NCBI RefSeq assembly: GCF_004010195.1
Contig: NC_057718.1
Span: forward strand, 66,597,351 to 66,661,350
Direction of reading: 5' to 3'
Length of the DNA stretch: 64,000 nucleotides
Source: Chiloscyllium plagiosum
Lineage: Eukaryota
Numbering within the stretch: position 1 is the first letter of the stretch; each line of letters opens with the position of its first letter. The notes beneath the pieces were generated by a model. It did not search any database and was not told the origin of the DNA. It saw only the letters and a list, made by a program, of their open reading frames with translations. The position numbers were made by a program, and so were the translations under genes. Of the stretch, positions 26,615-40,870 are shown piece after piece.

Positions 26615-26917
26615 ACACGGTGGCACAGTGGTTAGCACTGCTGCCTCACAGCACCAGAGAGCCGGGTTCAATTCCCGCCTCAGGCGACTGACTGTGTGGA
26701 GTTTGCACATTCTCCCCGTGTCTGCGTGGGTTTCCTCTGGGTGCTCCAGTTTCCTCCCACAGTCCAAAAATGTGCAGGTTAGGTGAATTGGCCATGCTAA
26801 ATTGTCCGTAGTGTTAGGTATAGGGGTAAATGTAGGGGTGTGGGTGGGTTGCGCTTCGGCGGGTCGGTATGGACTTGTTGGGCCAAAGGGCCTGTTTCCA
26901 CACTAAGTAATCTAATC
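26615..26917 (+). mobile_element. HE1-type V-SINE, full length
   Basis: cacggtggcacagtggttagcactgctgcctcacagcacc, followed by the V-domain and a taatct tail. Confidence 0.92.
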
Positions 26918-27404
26918 ATGACAGCAGTAATGCTTTTGAGCACAAAAAAACAAAATTAGCTAATCTGACAGCCCATTAAGCAAATACTTGACAGCCACTT
27001 AAAAGGGTCCTGTAGCAAAAACAGAATCTTCAAAGGAAATTTACAAAACTAAATTTAAATATGAAGCCCAGGCCATTGCTGCATTTTAGCCCTGCAGCAG
27101 CTACATAGCATGTAAAACCCAAATACTAGTGGCCAACACATGGACGTAACAATGGAAGAAAGGCAGATATATAGGTATAATAACCCTCTCTATTGCCTGC
27201 TGCCTGAAACAAGATCAATGGTCACCTTGACCAGGCTCAGGGGCTGACCCACGAGGAGGTCCTTCGATATATCCTCCACCCTGCTCCACTCTACTCTGGA
27301 TGACTAAAGATTAGGAACGTGGGGCTGAAATGCAAATAAAACTGAGCAGCAATCCCCTGAAAAAGTGAACTGGTAATGTAACCTCACTTAACCTGCATAA
27401 CCCG

Positions 27405-27718
27405 TGGGCACAGTGTCTCAGTGGTTAGCACTGCTGCCTCACAGCACCAGGGTCCCGGGTTCGATTCCAGCCTCAGGTGACTATCTGTGTGGAGTTTGCA
27501 CATTCTCCTAGTGTCTGCGTGGGTTTCCTCCAGGTGCTCCGGTTTCCTCCCACAATCTAAAGATGTGCAGGTTAGGTGAATTGACCATGCTAAATTGCCC
27601 ATAGTACTAGGTGCATTAGTCAGAGGGAAATGGGTCTGGGAGGGTTACTCTTCGGAGGGTTGGTGTGGACTTGTTGGGCCGAAGAGCCTGTTTCCACACT
27701 GTAGGGAATCTTATCTAA
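27405..27718 (+). mobile_element. HE1-type V-SINE, full length
   Basis: Same head, V-domain and tail as the copy at 26615. Confidence 0.92.
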
Positions 27719-30700
27719 AAAACTATAGAACATATGCTCCTTAAGGGATTACAGACATCCCAATAATCTACTTAATCAATGGCAAAACTCTGTAACCACG
27801 GACTTGCATTTTTCATTGGTTATGAACTCATTAAGTTGTCCAATACAAATCACTGCATCCTGATCACTGACAACTCTTTCTGTCAAGCATATCAGACACT
27901 GGCAGTACACTGAAGAAAGAGGGCTAATTTAACATATCATTTTTATTTCTAGCAGACCATTTGAATCAATTTTATGGCCTATACGTCCATAATGCAATGC
28001 AATAGATTATTCAGTGGTCTAAGAGCGACATACAGAAATGGTAAAGGCCTTCTATTAGTTGATCATATCTAATGGATTATCTACTTCCCTTTTAATGTCC
28101 ACAAACATCACCTCCTTTTGGAACAATTTTCCACCACATTTCAAATCACACTTTGATTACTAAATTAATCATTCTAAAATTCCTCGTGGTAAGCAGCTAT
28201 AATTACATTTTTTGCATAATTATTTAGTTTTTAAAAACAAATTCCATTTGACATTGGATGAAACCTTCGGCTCATGCTGAGACTGAGCTTGAAGGCAGAA
28301 CGAGCATTTCATTTGGGGGTACAATGGCATACCCCGGTGCTGCTGCTTTAATGCCTCTGCCATCATTTACCAAAGGAAGCCCCGTGGTCAACCTTGCACA
28401 CCGCAATTACCCTCCTTCTATCATGCCAACTGAGGCCCTTAAGTAGCCAATTAATGATCATTTAAGGGCCTCATCCCAACACTGGTATTAACCTAGGGCA
28501 AAGGGCTTTTCAGTATGGCTTCTCACCACTGGGGTATTTGAGGATGGGTAGGGGGACGGGCAAGTGGAAGGGCACTCAGGGCATGAATGGGGAAATGGAT
28601 ATTGGAAAGAAAGGATCCTGCTAAATGCCACCCCTGCACTTGCTTCTGAAATCCATCCCTCTCCCAATGATCCTGACAACCGAGCTCAATCTACATTACT
28701 AACCTGCAGCCTGGTAAATGCTTTTCCTGCAGTAGCCACCACATTTGCTGTGGCACAAGAGCTGCTGGCCTGTGATTGGCCAGCAGCCCTCAGGTGGCAA
28801 GACCTGCCGCCCAGGGTCTTCAGTCAAGGGGAAGGCCCGCCATTGTCTCAACACTGTCTGATTGGCTTATTGGCTAAAAAGTGGTAGCATGGGCCTCTTG
28901 TCAGTAACATCCATGCTGTCCATTTTCTCATTGAAGGAAATTTATAAATGCTTAATGTATGGTCGTTGACATAGTTCAAAATGGCATGATTTAATTGACC
29001 AAAAGAAATACCTTTTTTGACTTCTGAGTGTTTTAACTTCAAGGAATAAGCCTCACACAAATCCTGCACTGTCATTGAAACTTATAACTTACAAGGATGT
29101 CACTATGCCTATGAAGGAGTTATCCAATCAGTTCCACTTTCAGACTTTCTATACCCCTACAACTTTTCCATCTTCAAGTTGTCTAATTTTCATTGGAAGT
29201 TACGACTTTATCAGCTTCTACTATCCTTTCAGGCAGTACAATTCTGATCATAACTCATGTGGTAAAATAATTTCATCATACCCTTTGTTCTTTTGCCAGT
29301 GCTCTTTTATTTGTATCCTCTGGTTATTGATTCTCCTGCCTGGAAAAGTTTCTCTCTGGTCAACCAAATGTTTTCTAATTTTGAACACCTCTATTTAATA
29401 TCTATGTATCTCAGCTTCTCATAGAGGCTAACTAGGCTACTGCTATTCTTAGTCTTTCTACAATACCACATCACTCATCCTTGTATCAGACTAGCATACT
29501 TTTCTGTATAGAAATAATGAAGATTAACCAGAATGATGCCATGAGTTAAACTAATAAGTCAGGTTGCATAGATTAGGCATGAACTCCACTGAGTGCAGAA
29601 GATTACAAGAGGATCTAATGAGAGTGTTTACCTCAATTATTCCCCTGATTACAACTAGTTTAAATTTGATTATCCTCCCCAACTGTATCTTTCTTTCATA
29701 TTATACTTTTCACATTGTAACTTATGTCTTTGCTTCAAGTTTTGTCGATTTTGTACTTTCTAACTGCTTTCATCCTGCCCTCCTCATCCTTTCCCCAAAC
29801 CCAACTTCCAAGTTTAAATGCCTTCCTATACATCAATTTTGCCCATTCATTAACTCCTTCCTGTTCAAATAGAGCATCAATCTTCTCTAGGACTGATATC
29901 AATCTCCAATAAAATGAAACTGTCTGAAATACTCTTCTTATAAATAATCCTCTAGTGACATTCAGAACACCTTGATTTTCAAGTAAGTATCAAGCAGTCA
30001 ACTGCAACATTGAATGATGGTCAAAAGTTTCCAATTCCCAGAAAGGGGCAGAAGCCATGACCTGAGCTCCTAACAGCCAGAGCCTAGAAACTCCAATTAT
30101 CACTTTCCAGCCCTTTAGCTGTGAGCTCGCCATTGACATCACCAGTGATACTACAGCCATCAATCATTCCATTTTTAGTTGTGATTTACATCCCATTGAG
30201 GGGAACACAGCAGGCAGCAATTTTAAACTGTAACACTGACTTATTTTGTCCTTCCTGCCAGTCAGAAGATACTGACCAAGACCGTAAAACATGGGAGCAG
30301 AAATCAAGCCATTCAGCCGAGCGGGTCTGCTCTGCCATTTAATCATGGCTGATAGGTTTTTCGTTTTCTCCCTGTCCAAACTTTCTTTTACAAACTCACT
30401 CCAGGTAAGTGCTTCATTTGCTTCTGGCTTTGGAGTCAACACTGCAGATGGAAACAGAGAAAGCTATATAAATGGTTCCTTTTACAATAATAAAACTAAA
30501 AATGAGTGTTGAGAGAATGCTGCCTCAATTCAAGCTCTATGCTTGACACTAGAAATATCAGCTTCACTGTTTTTAAAAAAAACAAGCAGTTAGCCAGGCA
30601 TTTCTCAGTTTAAAAGAGTAAGCAGTGAGCTGGGGAGTCAGTGGTGAGCCAGGGTATGAGCACAAGGCAGAGCCTTGGTGCTGAAGTCACAATTCCCAGA

Positions 30701-30929
30701 GAGAATGAGGCAAGGACAACTTTATTAATGTTCATATTGTTTTATATGATTTTAATACTTTTTATGCTGTTTTTAGTGTTGATAGTTTTGAAAGTCTTAT
30801 TTTTGTTTTAAAGTACACAAGGGCTTTAAGTTCAGTGATCCAAAGTAGAAGGGCCCTAGAATTAATATTGTGTGAATTCAAGAGCAATCTATGCATTTAA
30901 GTCAAAGGTTTAGAAGATAGAAGGAAAAC

Positions 30930-32160
30930 TAAAGGCCATGGTATGCTCCTCCTGCTCCTTGTGCCTACAGAACATTTTGCTAGTCAGAGTAGAAATAGCA
31001 GGATATATCTGACGGATTTGTGGTTGATGAGGTAGTGCTACAGGGAAGAGTTTCAGTTTCCTCAGGTATTGAGATCGGTTCTGGGGTAGTGGCAGCTATA
31101 CACGCTGGACAGATTGGACCTGGGCAAGAACAGAATTGATGTCCGAGGGAATATATTTGCAAGTTTTGGCAGGAAGGATTTAAATTAAAATGGAAGGAGG
31201 ATAGGACTGTATACACGGAGACAAATGACAGGAAAATAAGGACTAAAACAGACGACAGAATGGGAAATAAGAAGATAGGCAGTAAATTCAAGGACTATAA
31301 TTGAGCAGGGGCACAGTGAACAGGACTAAGAATGGTAAAAAGACAAGCATTAAGGCCTTGTGACTTAACACATGGAGAATTTGCAACAAAATGGACAAAC
31401 TGTACAAGAGATCTAAATGGATCTAAATGATATAGTGCAGATTACAGAGATGTAGCTGCAGGATGCCTGGGAATGGGAACGGAATATCCAGGATTTTCAA
31501 TTTTTAGAAAAGGCAGACAAAAAGGAAAAGGAAGTGGGATAGTGCCGCTGATTAAAAAAGAAATTATTGCCTTTGTAAATAATAATATTAGCTGTGGTGA
31601 TGTACAATCGATGAGGACTGAGCTGAGAAACACCAAGGGAAAGAAAACAATAGTAGGGATTGCACAGAGCTTCCCATGTTGTAGTAGTAATATTGGGGAT
31701 GGCTTAAAAAAAGATAATTAGAGATACAAGTAATAGAGGTACAGCAGGAATTCTGGGTGACTTCAACCTGATTATCAATTGGGCATATCAAATCAGATGG
31801 GATTGGAACGGTGATACTAAAGAGGAGAAAGTGAGGTCTGCAGACGCTGGAGATCAAAGCTGAAACTTTATTGCTGGAACAGCACAGCAGGTCAGGCAGC
31901 ATCTAGGGAAATTTAGAGGCAGAGAGCTTCTTCAAGGAAGGCATCTTTGTAAGAGGATTCGCAGTAGGTTCTAGATTCCCTAGATGCTGCCTGACCTGCT
32001 GTGCTGTTCCAGCAATAAAGTTTCAACGGTGATACTAAAACCGATTAGTTGATAGAGAGGAAACAGTCCTCAAGGAGTAGGAACAAATTGGTCTTTTCCT
32101 GAGTGGCAGGTAGTGCCTAGAGGGGTAAAGCAGGCTCAGTTCTTGGACCTCATCTATCAT
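30930..32160 (+). mobile_element. CR1 5' part (ORF1/endonuclease remnants)
   Basis: YPGFSIFRKGRQKGKGSGIVPLIK, ELRNTKGKKTIVG, ILGDFN. Confidence 0.7.
31822..32024. mobile_element. Fold-back Penelope-related element with 15-bp TSD
   Basis: TSD aacggtgatactaaa at 31807-31821 and 32025-32039. Inverted arms at 31861-31910 and 31976-32024. Confidence 0.85.
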
Positions 32161-32849
32161 TAATTTTCATGATATAGAAGAAAACATTAACATTCCCAGA
32201 CAAGGTGAAAGAGAGTTAAAACAGATGCTGGATATCCACGTGAAGGTACAAGGTTTGCACAAAATTAGATTCAACAGAGAAGTATCTGCTTCTATACTGC
32301 CAAAGTCAGAAGTCACACAACACTGGGTTATAGTCCAACAGATTTATTTGAAACCACAAGCTTTCGGAGCGCAGCCCTTTTGTCAGGTGCAGTGACAGAG
32401 AACAGACCACAGACACAGAGTTCCTAGGCAGACAGAGGGAGATCAAGGGCATAGAGATCAAAAGATCATATAACTGGTTTGGGTGGAGTTAAAGAAATAA
32501 AGTCTCTGCATATGACCAGGTGTGTTAGACAGCGAGTTAAGTATTGACAGCTGAATAAGCAAAGGGATGACCTATAATCCGATAAAAAGAGATAATTACA
32601 AAAAAAAAATTTAAAATAAGGTCGCGCTGGAGACAAACTAAATGACTGATTTTACAGATACAGAAGTGTAGTGGGGTCACATGTAGCACAGCATGAACCC
32701 AAGATCACAGTTGAGGTTGTTGTCATAGGTATGGACCTTGGCTATCAGCCTCTGCTCAACGATTCTGCCTTGGAGGACGCATACCCAAAGATCAGAGACC
32801 AAATGCCCTTGGCTGCCTGACAGTTAGCCATGATTGATGTCTGCAAGGG

Positions 32850-33965
32850 TCTCACAAACTTGATTGAGTTTTTTGAGGAAGATTGATGAGGGCAGAGCAG
32901 TAGATGTGATCTATATGGACTTCAGTAAGGCATTCGACAAGGTTCCCCATGGGAGACTGATTAGCAAGGTTAGATCTCATGGAATACAGGGAGAACTAGC
33001 CATTTGGATACAGAACTGGCTCAAAGGTAGAAGACAGAGGGTGGTGGTGGAGGGTTGTTTTTCAGACTGGAGGCCTGTGACCAATGGAGTGCCACAAGGA
33101 TCGGTGCTGAGCCCTCTTCTTTTTGTCATTTACATAAATGAATTGAATGCGAGCAAAAGAGGTACATTTTGCAGATGACACCAAAATTGGAGGTGTAGTG
33201 GACAGCAAAGAAGGTTACCTCAATTCACAATGGGATCTTGATCAGATGGGCCAGTGGGCAGAGGAGTGGTGGATGGAGTTTAATTTGGATAAATGAGAGG
33301 TGCTGTATTTTGGGAAAGCAAATCTTAGCAGGAATTATACACTTAATGGTAAGGTCCTAGGGAGTGTTGAGTTGGGAGGTCATGTTGCGGCTGTACAGGA
33401 CATTGGTTAGGCCACTGTCGGAATATTACGTGCAATTCTGGTCAGTTTCCTTCGGAAAGATGTTGTGAAACTTGAAAGGGTTCAGAAAAGATTTACAAGG
33501 ATGTTGCCAGGGTTGGAGGATCTGTGCTAGAGGGAGCGGCTGAACAGGCTGGGGCTGTTTTTCCCTGGAGCAGAGGCTGAGGGGTGACCTTATAGAGGTT
33601 TACAAAATTATGAGGGGCATGGATAGGGTCAATACGCAAAGTCTTTTCCCTGGGATCGGGGAGTCCAGAACTAGAGGGCATAGGTTTAGGTTGAGAGGGG
33701 AAAGATATAAAAGAGACCTACGGGGCAACTTTTTCACGCAGGGTGTGATGTGTGTATGGTATGAGCTGCCAGAGGAAGTGGTGAAGGCTGGTCCAATTGC
33801 AATATTTAAGAGGCATTTGGATAGGTATAAGAATAGGAAGGGTTTGGAGGGATATGGGCCAGGTGCTGGCAGGTGGGACTAGATTGGGTTGGGATATCTG
33901 GTCGGCATGGACGGGTTGGACCAAAGGGTCTGTTTCCATGCTGTACATCTCTATGACTCTATGAC
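32850..33965 (+). mobile_element. Young 5'-truncated CR1 LINE
   Basis: ORF 32864..33178 has [13 protein letters not shown]...[13 protein letters not shown]. The 3' end is ctatgactctatgact. Confidence 0.92.
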
Positions 33966-34274
33966 TGGAATAACGATGGGTATAAGAAGTGCATGCCAAG
34001 GGTCCAACCAAAGTAATAAATAATTCAAAACTGTACAAACTAAGGTAGAGAGATCATAATTTATCAAGGTGATGGTATCAAAACTGGACAGTAAAGATGA
34101 TTTTACAGATACAGAGCAATGTGGTGGGGTCATCAGCATGAAACCAAGATCACAGTTGAGGCTGTTGTCATAGGTACAGACCTTGGCTATCAGCCGCTGC
34201 TCAACGATTCTGTGTAGTTGTGTATCTTGAAGTCCGCCTTGGAGGACACATACCCAAAGATCAGAGGCCAAATT

Positions 34275-34430
34275 TAGGTGAATTGGCCATGCTAAATTGC
34301 CCATAGTGTTAGGTGAAGGGGTAAATGTAGGGGAATGGGTCTCGGTGGGTTGCGCTTCGGCGGGTCGTTGTGGACTTGTTGGGCCGAAGGGCCTGTTTCC
34401 CCACTGTAATCTAAATCTAAAAAATCTAAA
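34275..34430 (+). mobile_element. 5'-truncated HE1-type SINE
   Basis: ttaggtgaattggccatgctaaattgccc...gggcctgtttcc. Confidence 0.85.
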
Positions 34431-35642
34431 TGCCCTTGGCTGCCAGACAGTTAGCCACGATTGATGACTGCAAGGGTTAGATCAGCTAACTTCAAGGTTC
34501 AGGGCATGCAGATCTTCAGGTGCATGGTCAAATCACCATGAAATTTAGTCAGTAAAACATTATATATGTTGAGGAATCAGAATATCTCATTGTTGAGCAG
34601 AAATAAATATATTTGATTTGATCTCTTAGATAGTGTGGATTCCAAAATTATTCAAAGGCTTAGGTAAACAGAAACAAGATTTCCACATTGTTTGCAAGAA
34701 GATGATACTAAATCCATCTGCTTAAGTCTCCCTCGGAAAATGTCTCATTCTTTGATGGGAAGAGTAGAATCTCAGTTAGTCAGCGTAGTTGAAATTGGCT
34801 TAATAGCAAGTGATAAAAAAAAAAATTGCACAAGGGCACTCAGAGATGGTAACTGTTCCCAAGGTAAATAGAAAACTGTATGGATCTCAGTCAATTAAAT
34901 AAAGATTAAGAAGAAAGTCCAACATATTGTCTGTCAATAATAAATTAGCAAAGGTGGCAAAAGCAAGTTTTTCACAAAATTGGATGCCAACAGTCTGCTT
35001 GGATAGATACTGTTACAACTGAAAGTCAAAATCACTACATTTATTACATTTCTAGCAGAATTGCTTCTATCAATTATCATTTATGATCTCCTCTGTACTA
35101 GAGGTCTTCCAAAGGTTGGTGTCTAAAATTCTGGAAGTTAAAGGGGGAAGCATTACAACATGGATCTTAGTGCATACTGTAGTGAAAAGGGAACACAATT
35201 AGCAGATCAGGGGCATGTTAAAGGCAACACAGAATGGCAAATGCAAATTCTTGAGAATGGCACTAACATTTCTAGAACACATCATTCAACAAGAAGTGAG
35301 TCCAAGGAAGACAAGAACCATAGGTGAATTTTCAGCAAAGTGCATAAATAGTGTACAGTGTTCTTGGTGATAAAGTGGGAAAGTTTAACCCCACCTTAGC
35401 CAGTCTCATTCAACACATAAGATAGCTGATTTAACAAAAAAGGATCACAGTGCTACTAGAACCTGGAGCCACTCATAGCTTTTGAAAGAATTAAAGAGGA
35501 GGTTACGTTCTATTGATGTCTAAGCATATTGCAATCTAGGCTTGTTCACTAGATTGCTGCAGCAGCCCTTATTCAAGTGTATATTGGTTGAAACTAAAAC
35601 TCAGTATATTTCTGAAACCAAAAGAGAAAATGCTGGAAAATC

Positions 35643-35757
35643 TGAGAAGAGAGAGAGAGGAGAAGAGAGAGAGAGAGAGAGAGGAGAAGAGAGAGAGAGA
35701 GAGAGAGGAGAAGAGAGAGAGAGAGAGGAGAAGAGAGAGAGAGGAGAAGAGAGAGAG
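35643..35757. repeat. Compound (AG)n/AGAGGAGA purine microsatellite
   Basis: Directly visible. Confidence 0.95.
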
Positions 35758-35759
35758 GT

Positions 35760-36953
35760 CTGTGTGAGAATCTCTCAGACTATGTCAAAGGCATCTTGAA
35801 ACCCATTGTACAGGGGTACCCCAGCTTCTGTCACGACATTACAGATTTCTTACAGAAACCCAGCATCCACGGACCAATCAAACCGGGAACATTCCTCGTC
35901 ACAATGGACGTTTCCGCACTCTACACCAGCATCCCCCACAATGATGGCATCGCAGCAACAGCCTCAGTACTCAACACCAACAACTGCCAATCTCCAAACA
36001 CCATCCTATAACTCATCTGCTTTATCCTTGATCACAACTTCTTCACCTTTGACAACCAGTTCTTCATCCAGACACATGGAATAGCCATGGGGACCAAATT
36101 TGCACCCATATTAAAACAGCCATCCCCTATGGACAAGCCCTACTCGTACATCGGATCTGTTCAGATGAGGAGGAACGTGACGGGCACCTGGAACTACACA
36201 GGGATGCCCTCATAAGAACGAGGTACGATGCTCAACTCATCGACCGCCAGTTCCAACATGCCACAGCAAAGAATGGTAATGATCTCCTCAGGAGACAGAC
36301 ACGTGCTGCAAACGACAGGGTACCCTTCGTTGTTCAGTACTTCCCAGGAGCCAAAAAACTACGCCATGTTCTTCGCAACCTGCAACACATTATCAATGAG
36401 GATGAGGAGGAGCACCTCACCAAAACCTTCCCCACACCTCCACTGCTCGCCTTTAAACAACCACCAAACCTCAAACAGATCATTGTTCGTAGCAAACTGC
36501 CCGACTTTCAGGACAACTCCATGCAACCCTGTCATGTAGCTGCAACATGTCCACATGTTGGAGTGTGGACATGGATACCACCATTACGCATAGGGGCACC
36601 TCCCACCATGTATGTGGCAGGTACTCATGTGACTCAGTCAACGTTGGCTATCTTATACGCTGCAGGCAAGGATGCCCTGAGGCATGGTACATTGGGGAAT
36701 CAGAGCAGAGGCTACAGCAACGGATGTATGGGCAACAATCAACAGACAGGAGTGTTCCCTCCCAGTTGGAGAACAAATTTAGCGACCTAGGACATTTGAC
36801 CACGAACCTTCAGGTGACCATCCTCCAAGACAGACTTCGGAACAGGCAGCAGCGAAACGTGGCCGAGCAGAGGCTGATAGCTAAGTTCGGTACCCATAGG
36901 GAGGGCCTCAACAGAGACCTTGGGTGTGATCACCTGTAGTGTGATGGTGATCA

Positions 36954-36992
<39 letters not shown>

Positions 36993-37491
36993 TCCACTTG
37001 CATATATACCTTTGTGGGGTGAATTTGTACTTGCAGAGTTACATTGTAGTTTGTTCAAAAACTGCATGAATCCCTGTAAGACTCTTAACTCATTTTTTAG
37101 ATTAGAATCAATCTAAACATTATGGTACAGACAACAGAACACAGGGGACTAACACCTTCAACATCTTATCTGGCTGACACCTATTGCTAAAGTTAACCTG
37201 AGAATGTAACTTCTAAAAAGAGTCTTGTGATTTACATATGAAAGAAGTGAAACTATCATGGTCATTCTAACAGATGAGAGACTTAACAAACAATCAAGGT
37301 ATTTTTCAATGCATAATTTCAGATACATCACACTGTAAACTTTTGCTATAAATTCTGTGTCTTACAATTGTGTACTCCACAACCACCTGAAGGAGCAGCT
37401 AGTGCTTCCAATTAAACCTGTTGGACTATAACCTGGCGTTGTATGATTTATAAATTTGTACACCCCAGTCTAACACTGGCATCTCCACATC
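35760..37491 (+). mobile_element. Penelope-like element: RT and GIY-YIG remnants plus 3' tail with (CA)n at 36955-36990
   Basis: LVTMDVSALYTSIPH, QTHGIAMGTKFAP, YLIRCRQGCPEAWYIGES, EQRLIAKFGTHREGLNRDLG. Confidence 0.9.
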
Positions 37492-37707
37492 GAGATTGAA
37501 AGAAGTCTCAAAAAAGTAGCTCCATGCAAACAAAGATTCAGGCTTAGGCTGACAAAGCACAAACATGATTTAGTCTATGATGTAGGCCAGGCACAAATAC
37601 AGATGCATTCTCAAGAACAGAAATGGATCGAGCAAAATATTAAAACTTTCTTGCAGAAGAGTTTACAGCGATAACCAACAGCTGCAGTGCACAAACATCA
37701 GACAATA

Positions 37708-37882
37708 GCCCAAAGATGTGCAGGTTAGGTGAAATGGCCATGCTAAATTGTCCACAATGTTCAGGGACGTGTAAGTTGGGTGCATTACTCAGCAGTAAAT
37801 ATAGGGGACTGGGTGGGTTACTCTGCTGAGGGTTGGTGTGGACTTGTTGGATTGAAGGGCCTGTTTCCAAACTGTAGAGATT
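37708..37882 (+). mobile_element. 5'-truncated HE1-type SINE
   Basis: cccaaagatgtgcaggttaggtgaaatggccatgctaaattg. Confidence 0.8.
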
Positions 37883-37904
37883 CAAAATAAATACTGTCTA
37901 CACG

Positions 37905-38980
37905 GAGGTTGAAATATAGTCCGGAAGACCAAGTACAGAGACGTTACCAGAAACGGAATCTACACTTAATTATAGGAGACATAATGGTGTATGAACATTT
38001 AATACCAAAGTTCATTGTGAAGAGAAATCCTACTGAAACTCCATCTGGATATTTAGGGAGTCACACAGAACAGAAACAGACCCTTCTGCCCAACTCATCC
38101 TTGCCAACCAGGCACCCTAAACTGAACTAGTCCCATTTGTCTGCATTTCGCAGTTAGGTATCATGAAGTGCAGAACAAGAACACAACAATCAGTGTGACG
38201 GCTAGGCATATAGGACTACATTGCCTCATGCCAAATGTGCCGTACACAGCCAAGAGCCTACAGAACCAATGATTTCATCAAGATTTCCACAAAGGGCATG
38301 GAACGGACGAGAAATGGATTTGCTCAATTTTATAGGGAAGATGTATTTAGCAGGAGTGAGCCATTATTCAGGATGAATTGAAGTGGCAAGACTTCATTCA
38401 GCCAGAGCATGCACTAATCTGAGCACTGAAAAGGATCTGTACAATACATGGTTTCCCAGATGAATTAATATTGGAAAACAGACATCAATTTGTCAAAAAG
38501 AATTTCAGGTTGTTTATGTTGGAGGTCGGCATCAACCAGGCGACAAGTTCTCCACTCAATTCTTACTCGAACAGAGAAGCAGAAAGTACAGCCAAGGTCA
38601 TGAAGTCACTGAGAACTCTTAAGAATCCAGACTGGGAATTAGCTCTGCTTAGTTACAGGACACCACCACTGAATAGCCAGAATTGTTAATAAACAGGAGG
38701 CTAAAAACAAATGTACTAGTTGCAGAACAATTTCAGGCCAAATATAGCCTCGAGACCGAATGAACTTAAAGGAACTAGAACAAAGCCACAGCAAAAAGGA
38801 GCAGAGTCGGTACAGCCTTAGACAGAAGACAAAATTTTGTCAACCTTAAAGCCAGAACAGAGGGTTAGGTTCAGGAGCAGAAATTCAGTAACCACGGTCA
38901 TTAGAGAAACAGACCATCCAAGATTTTACATTGCGAGAATGCCTGAAGGCATATTCAGTGGAACAGGAAGGCATTAATTT
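37905..38980 (+). mobile_element. Gypsy/Ty3 integrase remnant
   Basis: LGIMKCRTRTQQSV*RLGI (HHCC region), HGFPDELILENRHQF, SSPLN..SNREAE, LALLSYRTPPL. Confidence 0.7.
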
Positions 38981-38989
38981 TAGTAGGAG

Positions 38990-39580
38990 CCAAATTACTG
39001 CAAATGCTGGAGATCACAGTAGATCGGACAGCATCCATGGTGAGAGAGCAAGCTTACATTTCAAGTCTAGATAGGTCTTCATCACCTGCTGTGATCTCCT
39101 GCATTTGATGTTAGGTTCATGTGATTAGTTGCATTGTCAAGATTTATGTGAATCTTATTACATCTGATCTTCCCACAAAATTTCTCTCTACTTGGTTTAC
39201 ATTATTCTAGTATTCTCCAATTAGTTAGTTGCGCAGTATGTGTTATCACTAACATCCCCAGCCCGAAGTCCAAATCTCAAATGGTGAGATGGATCTGGAG
39301 CTCTGACTGGATGCCCCGGTCTGGTTTTCTTGAATTCAATGCTAGGGTGTCTTGTATGTGCAGCAGTTGTAGCACTCTGTACATTGGTCTCATGTAGCTT
39401 AAATATAACTGTCCCACATCCTGTAATAAACATGCTTGGCCCCATTTCTTAGTTCAAGGGACAACAAATGCAAGAGATCACAGCAGATCACAGAGAGCTA
39501 TCTCGACTCGAAATGTAAGCTTGCTCTCTCACCATGCATGCTGCCTAACCTGTTGTGATCTCCTGCATTTGTTGTTTACA
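38990..39580. mobile_element. Two short Penelope-related fold-back remnants (~38990-39110, ~39460-39580)
   Basis: caaatgctggagatcacag / ctgtgatctcctgcatttg inverted ends, with a degenerate TGATGA...GAAA core. Confidence 0.55.
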
Positions 39581-39648
39581 AGCACACTTAAGGATCTGAG
39601 ATACTCAGTTCAATATCTCAATATGCAAGCAGCAAATGCCTTATTTCA

Positions 39649-39837
<189 letters not shown>

Positions 39838-40049
39838 TCAAAAATTTAAAAAGATAAATATACTGTAAGTGACTGAATATGGCTAGGACCCAAATGCTCA
39901 ATTTGATGCACCATCTTTCAGAAGTGAAAAATCAATGAACAATCCATGAAAAAAAATTGCTCTCCTATCACTGGAAGACAGAACGATTCCTTAAAAAGGA
40001 ATAACCAGCAGACACAAGACAAGGTCAGCTGCTGGGTCAGTGGTAGGCA

Positions 40050-40870
40050 GAGGGAGAAACCAACAAGAGGGGAAAAACCACACTTAACCTCAAATTGTAC
40101 CAATCTGCCAGCTGCAGATGCATCTGTCCACAACAATATTGGTAAAATGATCATTCAGTACTTGAAGAGATGACTGTCTTCACACTGACAATACACTCCA
40201 TCGTGCTGTATGGTACTATCACCGTGCTAAATGGGATAGACTTCAAACAAATCCAGCAGCTTAGGATTGGGCATTCATGAGATGCTGAGGGCCATCAACA
40301 GCAGCAGAATTGAACCTCAGTGCAATCTGTAACTTCATGGCCTAGCTTATCTCTCACTCAACAATTATCATCAAGCCATGGGATCAAACTTGCTTCAGTG
40401 GAGAGTGCAGGAGGGCATGCCAAGGAGCAGTAGCAGGCATACCTGAAAATGAGATGTCAACCAAACAGGACTATTTGCATGTCAAACAGCATAAGCAACA
40501 AGTCACAGGCAGAGCTAAGCAATCCCACAACCAACAAATCAGACACAGGCTCTTCTTGCCACATCCATGAATGAGATATCATCTAAGAATTGCCCACTGA
40601 CATTCAGTGGTGTTACCATCACTCAATCCTCCACAATCAACAGCCTGGGGGGTTCCATTTACCAGAAACTCAACTGAACTCACCACGTAAACAGAGTGAC
40701 TACAACAGCAGGTCAGAGGCTAGGAAGACAGCTTGATTCCCCAAGTCTTGTCCACCATCTTCAAGACAAAGGTTAGGAGTGTAATGGAATACTCCCCACT
40801 TACCTGGATGGTGCAGCTCCAAGAAGTTTGACACCATTTAGGACAAAGCAGCCTGCGTGATTGGCATTGC
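40050..40870 (+). mobile_element. Old, internally deleted non-LTR retrotransposon (CR1/L2 group)
   Basis: Remnants such as STIFKTKVRSVMEYSPLTWM and DTI*DKAACVIG. Confidence 0.55.

Larger units (their letters stand above)
32300..34480 (-). mobile_element. Penelope 3' end pieces (32300-32849, 33966-34478) split by CR1 and HE1 insertions
   Basis: ORF 33951..34304 reads VLQGGLQDTQLHRIVEQRLIAK...LNCDLGF (GIY-YIG C-terminus). Degenerate hammerhead at ~32355-32390. Confidence 0.75.

Noticed and set aside
26615..27718. tRNA-like sequences with A and B boxes
   Set aside because: They are SINE heads continuing into V-domain and LINE-derived tails; no complete cloverleaf.
28255..28900. Possible Harbinger-like MITE with a central palindrome (ttaagtagccaattaatgatcatttaa)
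   Set aside because: No clear TIRs or TSD could be defined, so it is not called.
35542..35799. E/R-rich ORF
   Set aside because: Translation of an (AG)n microsatellite.
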